10,451 bases of DNA from a virus (lineage: Duplodnaviria > Heunggongvirae > Uroviricota > Caudoviricetes): IMG/VR virus record IMGVR_UViG_2563366843_000006; one strand, given 5' to 3'. Each line of letters begins with the position of its first letter. Within the stretch, counting starts at the first letter, position 1. Below the pieces are notes generated by a model. That model was not told the DNA's origin, made no database searches, and saw nothing but the letters and a program-made list of their open reading frames with translations. The translations under genes and the position numbers were made by a program. This document shows positions 1 to 7,268 of the stretch, piece after piece.

Positions 1-600
1 ATGCGTAAATTATGTGCTGTTATTCTGTCCGCAGTAGTCTGGCTGGTTGCCGCTGGTACGCCAGCAAGCGCAGCAGAGCATCAGTCCACACTAAGCGCCG
101 GGTATCTTCAGACCCATACTGATATGCCAGGCAGTGATGACCTGAAGGGCATTAACGTGAAATACCGTTATGAATTTACGGACACGCTGGGGCTGGTGAC
201 GTCATTCAGTTATGCCAATGCCAAAGATGAGCAAAAAACGCATTACAGCGATACCCGCTGGCATGAAGATTCAGTGCGTAACCGCTGGTTCAGCATGATG
301 GCGGGGCCATCTGTACGCGTGAATGAATGGTTCAGTGCTTATGCGATGGCAGGTGTGGCTTACAGCCGTGTTTCGACTTTTTCCGGGGATTATCTCCGCG
401 TAACTGACAGCAAGGGGAAAACGCACGATGTGCTGACCGGAAGTGATGACGGTCGCCACAGCAACACGTCTCTGGCGTGGGGGGCTGGCGTGCAGTTTAA
501 CCCGACCGAATCCGTGGCCATTGATATTGCTTATGAAGGCTCCGGCAGTGGTGACTGGCGCACTGACGGTTTCATCGTGGGTGTCGGTTATAAATTCTGA
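1..600 (+). CDS. lom: Outer membrane protein Lom (Ail/Lom/PagC-family beta-barrel), prophage moron
   Basis: 199-aa ORF with an N-terminal signal peptide (MRKLCAVILSAVVWLVAAGTPASA/AEH), amphipathic beta-strand pattern and C-terminal Phe (GVGYKF). Closely matches my recollection of phage lambda Lom. Lies immediately upstream of stf as in lambda and is followed by an intrinsic terminator. Confidence 0.9.
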   Translation: MRKLCAVILSAVVWLVAAGTPASAAEHQSTLSAGYLQTHTDMPGSDDLKGINVKYRYEFTDTLGLVTSFSYANAKDEQKTHYSDTRWHEDSVRNRWFSMMAGPSVRVNEWFSAYAMAGVAYSRVSTFSGDYLRVTDSKGKTHDVLTGSDDGRHSNTSLAWGAGVQFNPTESVAIDIAYEGSGSGDWRTDGFIVGVGYKF

Positions 601-627
601 TTAGCCAGGTAACACAGTGTTATGACA

Positions 628-653
628 GCCCGCCGGTTCAGGCGGGCTTTTTT
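628..653 (+). terminator. Rho-independent terminator downstream of lom
   Basis: Perfect 7-bp GC-rich stem GCCCGCC (628-634) / GGCGGGC (641-647) with loop GGTTCA, followed by TTTTTT (648-653). Confidence 0.65.
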
Positions 654-664
654 GTGGAGTGGAT

Positions 665-3040
665 ATGGCAGCAGTAAAAATCTCAGGTGTGCTGAAAGAT
701 GGTGCGGGAAAACCAATACAGAACTGCACTATTCAACTGAAGGCAAAGCGTAACAGCACCACGGTACTGGTGAACACGGTGGCCTCTGAAAATCCGGATG
801 AAGCCGGGCGTTACAGCATGGATGTTGAGTATGGCCAGTACAGCGTCATCCTGCTGGTTGAAGGTTTTCCGCCTTCACATGCCGGGACCATTACCGTCTA
901 TGAAGGCTCCAGACCAGGTACGCTGAATGATTTTCTCGGTGCCATGACGGAAGAGGATGTCATGCCGGAGGCATTGCGTCGTTTTGAGGCAATGGTGGAA
1001 GAAGTGGCACGCAACGCCGAAGCCGCCTCTCAGAGCGCAGCGGCGGCAAAGAAATCCGAAACTGCAGCGGCATCATCGAAGAACGCGGCGAAAACCTCAG
1101 AAACGAATGCAGCTAACAGCGCACAGGCGGCAGCGACCTCACAGACTGCATCGGCAAACTCCGCGACAGCAGCCAAAAAATCAGAAACCAATGCGAAAAA
1201 CAGCGAGACAGCCGCAAAGACGAGCGAAACCAACGCAAAGTCCAGCCAGACGGCAGCGAAAACCAGCGAAACGAATGCCAAAGCCAGTGAAACTGCGGCG
1301 AAAAACAGCCAGGATGCAGCGGCCCAAAGCGAGAGTGCCGCAGCTGGTTCTGCGACTTCAGCAGCTGGATCAGCAACTGCTGCGGCTAACAGCCAGAAAG
1401 CTGCGAAGACGAGTGAAACCAACGCAAAGTCCAGCCAGACGGCAGCGAAAACCAGCGAAACGAATGCCAAAGCCAGTGAAACTGCGGCGAAAAGCAGTCA
1501 GGATGCAGCAGCCGAAAGCGAGAGTGCTGCAGCTGGCTCTGCAAGCGCGGCGGCTGCTTCTGCCACTGCATCAGCCAACAGTCAAAAAGCTGCAAAAACC
1601 AGTGAAACCAACGCAAAGGCGAGCGAGACTGCGGCGGCTAACTCGGCGAAAGCATCCGCTGCAAGCCAGACGGCTGCAAAAGCAAGTGAAGACGCAGCCA
1701 GAGAGTATGCAAGCCAGGCTGCGGAGCCGTATAAACAAGTATTGCAGCCGCTTCCCGATGTGTGGATACCGTTTAACGATTCACTGGATATGATTACGGG
1801 CTTTTCGCCGTCATATAAAAAGATTGTTATTGGTGATGATGAAATAACGATGCCTGGCGATAAGGTTGTAAAGTTTAAACGCGCATCAAAAGCAACTTAC
1901 ATTAATAAATCTGGTGTGCTGACAGAGGCTGCCATTGACGAGCCACGGTTTGAACGTGATGGCCTGCTTATTGAGGGGCAAAGAACAAACTACATGCTCA
2001 ATTCGGAAAACCCTGCCAGTTGGGGGCGATCGTCAAATATGGATGTGCCCGAAACAGGGACGGATAGTTTTGGTTTTACCTATGGAAAGTTTGTCTGCAA
2101 CGATTCTCTGATTGGGCAAACCTCAGCCATTAATATGGCATCAATTGCTGCAACAAAGTCAGTTGATGTCTCAGGCGATAATAAACACGTGACAACCTCA
2201 TGTCGTTTTAAAACAGAACTGCAGGTAAGGTTGCGTATCCGGTTTGATAAATATGACGGTAGCGCAACAACTTTTCTTGGTGATGCGTATATTGATACAC
2301 AAACGCTTGAAATTAATATGACAGGCGGTGCTGCCTCAAGGATTACTGCGAGAGTCAGAAAGGACGAAGCTACCGGATGGATTTTTGCAGAGGCAACAAT
2401 TCAGGCAATTGATGGGGAGCTAAAAATAGGCTCTCAGATACAGTATTCTCCTAAGCAGAGCGGGGCAACCGTATCTGGTGACTATATTTATCTGGCCACC
2501 CCACAAGTAGAAGATGGGCCTTGTGTATCATCTTTTATTATATCAGGAGCGACGGCGGCGACCCGCGCAAGCGATATAGTTACAGTTCCAATTAAGAATA
2601 ATCTTTATAATCTTCCTTTTACGGTTCTTTGTGAGGTACATAAGAACTGGTATAAAACGCCAAATGCAGCGCCACGTGTTTTTGATACCGGCGGTCATCA
2701 AACCGGAGCGGCTATTATTCTTGGCTTCGGTCGTTCAACAGATTACGACGGATTTCCTTATTGCGATATTGGAGGAGCTAACAGACGGGTAAACGAAAAC
2801 GCATCGCTTGAAAAAATGGTTATGGGGATGCGTGTAAAGTCAGAGCAGTCTACGTGCTCAGTAAGTAACGGGCATATATCCAGCGAAACAAAAACCACAT
2901 GGTCCTGTATTCAGAACACCGCAATTATCCGTATTGGAGGCCAGACTACAGCCGGGTTACGTCATTTATTTGGTCATGTCAGGAATTTCAGAATATGGCA
3001 CAAGGCATTGACTGATGCTCAGGTGGGGGAGTCAATCTAA
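665..3040 (+). CDS. stf: Side tail fibre protein (lambda Stf-like N-terminal anchor, Ala/Ser/Thr-rich repetitive shaft, divergent C-terminal receptor-binding region)
   Basis: Long ORF (track 659-3040 from GTG). ATG at 665 is preferred because GGAG at 656-659 sits 5 nt upstream. N-terminus MAAVKISGVLKDGAGKPIQNCTIQLKAKRNSTTVLVNT... matches my recollection of lambda Stf. Central KTSETNAK-type repeats. The C-terminal ~430 aa is more AT-rich and ends ...LRHLFGHVRNFRIWHKALTDAQVGESI, reminiscent of a LamG/concanavalin-like lectin fold (tentative). Confidence 0.85.
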   Translation: MAAVKISGVLKDGAGKPIQNCTIQLKAKRNSTTVLVNTVASENPDEAGRYSMDVEYGQYSVILLVEGFPPSHAGTITVYEGSRPGTLNDFLGAMTEEDVMPEALRRFEAMVEEVARNAEAASQSAAAAKKSETAAASSKNAAKTSETNAANSAQAAATSQTASANSATAAKKSETNAKNSETAAKTSETNAKSSQTAAKTSETNAKASETAAKNSQDAAAQSESAAAGSATSAAGSATAAANSQKAAKTSETNAKSSQTAAKTSETNAKASETAAKSSQDAAAESESAAAGSASAAAASATASANSQKAAKTSETNAKASETAAANSAKASAASQTAAKASEDAAREYASQAAEPYKQVLQPLPDVWIPFNDSLDMITGFSPSYKKIVIGDDEITMPGDKVVKFKRASKATYINKSGVLTEAAIDEPRFERDGLLIEGQRTNYMLNSENPASWGRSSNMDVPETGTDSFGFTYGKFVCNDSLIGQTSAINMASIAATKSVDVSGDNKHVTTSCRFKTELQVRLRIRFDKYDGSATTFLGDAYIDTQTLEINMTGGAASRITARVRKDEATGWIFAEATIQAIDGELKIGSQIQYSPKQSGATVSGDYIYLATPQVEDGPCVSSFIISGATAATRASDIVTVPIKNNLYNLPFTVLCEVHKNWYKTPNAAPRVFDTGGHQTGAAIILGFGRSTDYDGFPYCDIGGANRRVNENASLEKMVMGMRVKSEQSTCSVSNGHISSETKTTWSCIQNTAIIRIGGQTTAGLRHLFGHVRNFRIWHKALTDAQVGESI
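1211..1623. repeat. In-frame tandem duplication inside stf, period 189 bp (63 aa), about 2.2 copies, embedded in a wider field of shorter KTSETNAK-coding repeats (about 1040-1690)
   Basis: Near-identical blocks: CAACGCAAAGTCCAGCCAGACGGCAGCGAAAACCAGCGAAACGAATGCCAAAGCCAGTGAAACTGCGGCGAAAA starts at 1231 and again at 1420; a third partial unit begins near 1610. Confidence 0.75.
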
Positions 3041-3321
3041 TGAAAGATTTAACACTCAAATTTGCCGACAGGGCCGACTTTTCGGCCTTTATGGATAGCA
3101 CTGGCTATTATGATGACGAGTCGATGCAGGATGATATTCTTATCGACGTGATAGGTAACGTGTACAAAGAAACCGGAGAACTGACTGAAGATGGCGAACC
3201 GGTATGTGTTAAGGAAGACGGATATTTTGTAAACGTGCGCATCATTAATGATTCGCAAATATCGTCATTATTCGATGAATACGTGGTTGCTGTTGAGCAT
3301 CAACTTCGTGGCTGGATGTGA
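3040..3321 (+). CDS. Hypothetical small acidic protein (93 aa), translationally coupled to stf; possibly tail-fibre associated
   Basis: ATG at 3040 overlaps the stf stop TAA (3038-3040) by 1 nt; GGGGGAG 8 nt upstream. Asp/Glu-rich, no TM segment. Function not recognisable by eye. Confidence 0.55.
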   Translation: MKDLTLKFADRADFSAFMDSTGYYDDESMQDDILIDVIGNVYKETGELTEDGEPVCVKEDGYFVNVRIINDSQISSLFDEYVVAVEHQLRGWM

Positions 3322-3330
3322 GGAAGAAAA

Positions 3331-4371
3331 ATGGCTACATCGACAGTAATTCCTGATGACATCAAAACGCTAAAATCCGACGTTAGCAAATTAAAAAACG
3401 ATCAAGGAAGCTACGCAACAAAATTATATGTAGACAGCAAAGATGAAATCGTTGGTGACTGGTCTGCTTCATGGTATCAGCAGGTATTGCCAACTAGCGG
3501 AGCTATATTTGGGAGAAAACTCCGCTCAACTCACAGGACGGCAGGTGTTGAGGATGCGTATTGCGAACTATACCTCAAAAAATGGATAGACAGTCCAGGT
3601 AACGCAATGGCGCGCCTTAACCTGAACGATAACGGGACAAACATTTGCTGGGACTTTACCAACCTTTATGGCGGTACGATGATTTTTCCCGGTGACAGCG
3701 GATACCTCAAAATGGGTAACTGCCTTATGTCATACAGCAAGCGTGGAAGTAGCGCGCTTATTAAATTTGATTACACCGACACATTACAGATCAAATATGC
3801 CAATCATGGGTCAACCATGACATTAAACACACAGGGAACCGCTTATGCTGGTGTTACTGCTCAATTGTGGGGCAACTCCAGCCGTCCTGTTGTTTATGAA
3901 GTCGGTGTTGATGGTGGCGCTTATATGTTCTATGCGCAGAAAAATACCGATAACACCTATATGTTAAGCGTTAATGGTGCATGTCATGCCACCGCATTTA
4001 ACCAGCATTCCGACCGGGATCTGAAAGACAACATTCAGGTGATCGATAATGCAACCGACCGCATCCGTAAAATGAACGGCTATACATACACGCTTAAAGA
4101 AAACGGTATGCCCTATGCTGGTGTCATTGCACAGGAAGCTCTGGAAGCAATCCCAGAAGTTGTAGGTTCCGCAATGAAATATCAGGACGGTGCGAGCGGA
4201 TCGGAAGGTGAAGAAGGTGAACGTTATTACACAGTAGATCATTCTGGTGTTACTGGCTTGCTTGTTCAGGTAGCCAGAGAGTCAGACGACAGGATAACAG
4301 CACTGGAAGAAGAAAACGCAGAATTAAGACAAAGATTATCTGCAATTGAGGCGGCGCTTGCGTCTAAATAA
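3331..4371 (+). CDS. Tail fibre/tailspike-like protein with C-terminal intramolecular chaperone auto-processing domain (peptidase S74-like)
   Basis: 346-aa ORF with AGGAAG SD 4 nt upstream. The C-terminal ~115 aa (SDRDLKDNIQVIDNATDRIRKMNGYTYTLKENGMPYAGVIAQEALEAIPEVV...YYTVDHSGVTGLLVQVARESDDRITALEEENAELRQRLSAIEAAL) matches the pattern of the chaperone domain of phage endosialidases and T5 L-shaped fibre pb1: Ser-Asp at the expected autocleavage point, a VIAQE...PE segment, and a terminal coiled coil. Confidence 0.8.
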   Translation: MATSTVIPDDIKTLKSDVSKLKNDQGSYATKLYVDSKDEIVGDWSASWYQQVLPTSGAIFGRKLRSTHRTAGVEDAYCELYLKKWIDSPGNAMARLNLNDNGTNICWDFTNLYGGTMIFPGDSGYLKMGNCLMSYSKRGSSALIKFDYTDTLQIKYANHGSTMTLNTQGTAYAGVTAQLWGNSSRPVVYEVGVDGGAYMFYAQKNTDNTYMLSVNGACHATAFNQHSDRDLKDNIQVIDNATDRIRKMNGYTYTLKENGMPYAGVIAQEALEAIPEVVGSAMKYQDGASGSEGEEGERYYTVDHSGVTGLLVQVARESDDRITALEEENAELRQRLSAIEAALASK

Positions 4372-4377
4372 TATTAA

Positions 4378-4400
4378 GGGGCCGAGTGCCCCGTTTTATT
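4378..4400 (+). terminator. Possible weak intrinsic terminator after the fibre-like gene
   Basis: GGGGC (4378-4382) / GCCCC (4388-4392) stem with 5-nt loop, then GTTTTATT. Short stem, so possibly only partial termination. Confidence 0.4.
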
Positions 4401-4413
4401 GGGTAGGATGAAA

Positions 4414-4701
4414 ATGGATATAACACCTTTCCTTCATGCGCTTTGTGCTGTGGCTGCGCAGCTACTGATTGGTCTTTTTACCGGAAACTGGGCTTACGGG
4501 GCGATAGCCGGTTGTACGTTCTTCATTGCTCGTGAACATACCCAGGCAGAATATCGCTGGATTGAAATGTTCGGGCATGGCAAGCGTATGAATATGCCGT
4601 GGTGGGGTGGTTTTGATCCACGCGTGTGGGATGTAGGAAGCCTTATGGATTTTTCTGTGCCGGTGGTGGCGTGTCTGCTGGTCTGGCTGTTTATCCGTTA
4701 A
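4414..4701 (+). CDS. Small predicted inner-membrane protein (about 96 aa), unknown function
   Basis: ORF in track (4399-4701 from TTG). ATG at 4414 preferred because AGGA at 4405-4408 sits 5 nt upstream. Hydrophobic segments FLHALCAVAAQLLIGLFTGNWAYGAIAGCTFFIA and SVPVVACLLVWLFI suggest 2-3 TM helices. Confidence 0.6.
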   Translation: MDITPFLHALCAVAAQLLIGLFTGNWAYGAIAGCTFFIAREHTQAEYRWIEMFGHGKRMNMPWWGGFDPRVWDVGSLMDFSVPVVACLLVWLFIR

Positions 4702-4850
4702 ACATAAAAAGCCGCAGCAACTTGTCATGGCAGAATACTGCGGCTGGCTGGTGAACTTCCGATAGTGCGAGTATTGAATGATTTCCAGCCATTACTGATT
4801 TTACGCATTTTTTGCATGAGAGGATTTGCACCTGCTCTCACAGACCATCT

Positions 4851-4927
4851 ATGACTGTACGCCACTATCTCTAGGGCTGCTATGTGCTGTGAGTTCAACC
4901 AATGTACGAACAGCCAGAAGCGGACAA
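4851..4927. repeat. Left copy of an imperfect inverted repeat bracketing the AT-rich cargo operon (core TATGTGCTGTGAGTTCAA at 4881-4898)
   Basis: Reverse complement of 8344-8410 aligns by hand with an 18/18 identical core plus flanks of about 21/29 and partial matches beyond, with one ~9-nt indel. Confidence 0.65.
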
Positions 4928-5037
4928 ATGATGACAAACTATATGCTCATCAACGTAGAGTAAGCCACTCAGTTGATGATGGGAGTGGGTTGCCTGCTGC
5001 CATCACTATTGTCGATTCTTAAGTGTACGCACTCTAA

Positions 5038-5068
5038 TTTACAGTTGCTTCATAGCGTAAAATATGAT
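5038..5068 (+). promoter_or_regulatory. Candidate sigma70-like promoter for the cargo operon (TTTACA ... TATGAT); weak, with non-optimal 19-nt spacer
   Basis: -35-like TTTACA at 5038-5043 and -10-like TATGAT at 5063-5068, about 90 nt upstream of the first ATG. Judged by eye only. Confidence 0.2.
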
Positions 5069-5157
5069 TTAAGATCAAAGACGTTTACATCTCGTACCTC
5101 ACAAGCAGCTTTTACTTGCTGAGGGCGGTAGCGTTTCTATTATTATCTCAAATCAAT

Positions 5158-6150
5158 ATGGATAATGTAATGAGTGAAACTAAACACATATCTGAAATGG
5201 CAGAAAGGGTGGCAAATAATTTATTCTCAATTTTTAAATGGAAAAGGAAGATTGCTTCCGATTTCAGTTGGGATTGTGTAAGCCCTGATGAACATGGAGG
5301 AAAAAAAGATCATCCGTCTGATTGCGTTTTTTATTACAGAGATCCCTATGATAATGAAGTTAAATATATTAATACTGATCTTAAGAGTTATGCGAAAGGC
5401 TCAATAACAAAAGAGCAAATTAATAAAGCAATCAGTTCTCTTTCCTATGCAACGAATTGCGCACCATATAATGATAATTGGAAAAGGTTATTTAAACCAG
5501 AAGGGAATTGGTCTGTAATAGGTATGCTGTTTGTTTATAATCATTGCGGTGAATATAATGGGGACTTTAATGAAATAGTTAAGGCGGTTGAAAATGATGT
5601 CAATCATTTGGATAATGAAAAAATGATATATATTTTCTCCCCAGATAGAATTAGAATATTAAATAGTATTGCTAATGATATCAATGTAATGATAGGGAAA
5701 GAAGAATTACCGTCTAAAAATCATTTTAGCTTCTTTCATCCCAATGAGATATTAACAAAAAATCATTTCAACCATGATTATTCTGAGCCAGCAACTATTA
5801 ATGTTCTTTCTTCACCTTGGATTATAATTAAGCATGCAGATTGTGAGAATGAAAAGGCAGGCTATTTAATATATTATACTAAAGATGGTTCAGAAGATGA
5901 CGAATTTGACTATTTTATTGATGCTCTAAGCTATTACCAAATAATCAATAATACAAGTAATGTCAGAATCAAATTAACAATAAAAAATGAATTTGCAGCA
6001 AGTAATCTTTTAAACTCAATTAGTAAATACTATCAGTCTCTCGGTCGTACCGAAAAAGAATCAATGCAAATCGCCAATACAATGGTAAAAGGTACTATTG
6101 ATTTGGTTACACCACAGTTTTCTGCTAATGAAATTGGAGTTTTACCATGA
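5158..6150 (+). CDS. Hypothetical protein A of AT-rich three-gene operon (about 331 aa); N-terminal region has a tentative PD-(D/E)xK nuclease-like motif arrangement
   Basis: Long ORF in a roughly 30% G+C region; track ORF 5116-6150 begins at TTG. First ATG is at 5158, alternative at 5170; neither has a strong SD. Stop TGA overlaps the start of gene B (ATGA at 6147-6150). Asn/Lys/Ile/Tyr-rich, no TM or signal peptide. Confidence 0.75.
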   Translation: MDNVMSETKHISEMAERVANNLFSIFKWKRKIASDFSWDCVSPDEHGGKKDHPSDCVFYYRDPYDNEVKYINTDLKSYAKGSITKEQINKAISSLSYATNCAPYNDNWKRLFKPEGNWSVIGMLFVYNHCGEYNGDFNEIVKAVENDVNHLDNEKMIYIFSPDRIRILNSIANDINVMIGKEELPSKNHFSFFHPNEILTKNHFNHDYSEPATINVLSSPWIIIKHADCENEKAGYLIYYTKDGSEDDEFDYFIDALSYYQIINNTSNVRIKLTIKNEFAASNLLNSISKYYQSLGRTEKESMQIANTMVKGTIDLVTPQFSANEIGVLP

Positions 6151-7253
6151 GTAATCCTGAGAAAAAATTTGGTCATAGTATTTACTACATGAACGATCAA
6201 AATATTAGGGATGGTTTACTAGCGCAGAAAGTTAAAGCATCACATTTGATAAAAATTTTAAAAGATCGCAACATTTTAGTATCACCTCTATCTTCAAAAG
6301 AAGAACTGATAAACATGTTAAAGTTTATCAGATTCGATTATTATGATTATGTTTATTTATCATCAATTCTTGCAAATCAAGATAAAAAAGAAAGTAAGTC
6401 AAGTATTGATATAGATAAGAAAGTCACTGCTAAGCAAATATTAAGTACGTTTGAGTCGATTAAAGGAGTGTTAGAAGCTCGTCAAATTACAGCCGAGGTT
6501 TCTAAACAAAACAGTAAAAAAATAACTATCAACTTTGAGTATGTTGAGTTTGATCATTCGAAACCACCTATGCGTCAAAAATCATTCCGTAAAGGGGTAG
6601 TTGAATGTGATATAACTGCTACAGGTGCGATGCTTAATTATCCAGCAAATAAAGTTGGGGCAATAATAAAAGACCATTTAATCACACAACTTTCCAAAAA
6701 GTTAGATACTGAATTGAAGCCAATCGAATTTGATTTTGAGAACTCCAGTGTTGCAACTAGAAATAATTTCTTCCTTAGTGTAATCAATAATGTTGAAAAG
6801 TATGAAGTATACGATGTTGTCACTGTGGCAGTTAAGAAGATAGAAGAGAAAAAAGGAAAGGAAAGCTCCTCGTCAGCGGATTCAGACAATGATTCGGTAG
6901 GGGAAGCATTTACTGGAGAAGTTAGAAACGCCATTCTACGCGGAAATCAGATTTTAACTTCAAAAGTATACAGTGGGTTAAATACAGGGAATTATTATAT
7001 TTATAAAATTACTTGGAAGATTAGAGAAATAATTCCGGGCTTGGGATCTGAACAATCTGATTGTTATACGGTTGAGATTGAGTTTAGTGATAAAGATAAG
7101 GCTAAAGGACTAAAGTATTGTGTTAAAACTGTTCAGCGATTCTCCTCAAAAAATAGACTGAATGTTACAACTGAAAATCCTTTAAAAAATGAGCAAGAAA
7201 AATTAGGAAAGCTCATTTATAAAACAGCCCTAGATGTCTATTCTAAAATATAA
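6147..7253 (+). CDS. Hypothetical protein B of AT-rich three-gene operon (368 aa); two regions separated by a Ser/Asp-rich acidic linker
   Basis: ATG at 6147 with GGAG SD at 6136-6139 (7-nt spacing), overlapping the gene A stop. No recognisable catalytic signature by eye; linker KKGKESSSSADSDNDSVGEAF at about 6850-6910. Confidence 0.8.
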   Translation: MSNPEKKFGHSIYYMNDQNIRDGLLAQKVKASHLIKILKDRNILVSPLSSKEELINMLKFIRFDYYDYVYLSSILANQDKKESKSSIDIDKKVTAKQILSTFESIKGVLEARQITAEVSKQNSKKITINFEYVEFDHSKPPMRQKSFRKGVVECDITATGAMLNYPANKVGAIIKDHLITQLSKKLDTELKPIEFDFENSSVATRNNFFLSVINNVEKYEVYDVVTVAVKKIEEKKGKESSSSADSDNDSVGEAFTGEVRNAILRGNQILTSKVYSGLNTGNYYIYKITWKIREIIPGLGSEQSDCYTVEIEFSDKDKAKGLKYCVKTVQRFSSKNRLNVTTENPLKNEQEKLGKLIYKTALDVYSKI

Positions 7254-7268
7254 ATGGGGGATGGCATT

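Noticed and set aside
271-459. 62-aa minus-strand ORF inside lom
   Set aside because: Antisense shadow of the well-supported lom CDS.
659-664. GTG at 659 (stf) and TTG at 5116 (gene A) as start codons suggested by the ORF track
   Set aside because: Downstream ATGs (665; 5158 or 5170) are more plausible. The ATG at 665 has a correctly spaced GGAG, and the lambda Stf N-terminus begins at the equivalent Met.
957-1793. Overlapping ORFs in and opposite the stf repeat region (957-1793 plus strand; 1030-1470, 1113-1376 and 1386-1616 minus strand)
   Set aside because: They lie inside or antisense to the confidently assigned stf frame, are highly basic or low-complexity, and arise from the GC-rich repetitive sequence; no independent start signals.
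3049-4728. Minus-strand ORFs 3049-3258, 3964-4242 and 4462-4728
   Set aside because: Each is antisense to a plus-strand CDS with better coding signals (SD sequences, coupling, recognisable domains).
4711-4745. GCCGCAG ... CTGCGGC stem with 21-nt loop after the membrane-protein gene
   Set aside because: The loop is too long and there is no T-tract on the plus strand; at most a weak minus-strand terminator, not called as a feature.
4725-4937. 70-aa minus-strand ORF, and the mirrored 98-aa plus-strand ORF at 8151-8447, both spanning the inverted-repeat copies
   Set aside because: The only shared peptide (LNSQHI) is encoded by the 18-bp repeat core; flanking residues are not conserved and no ribosome-binding sites are evident, so the repeat is a nucleotide-level element rather than a duplicated gene.
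6638-6934. 98-aa minus-strand ORF inside gene B
   Set aside because: Antisense to gene B; AT-rich regions readily yield stop-free stretches on the opposite strand.
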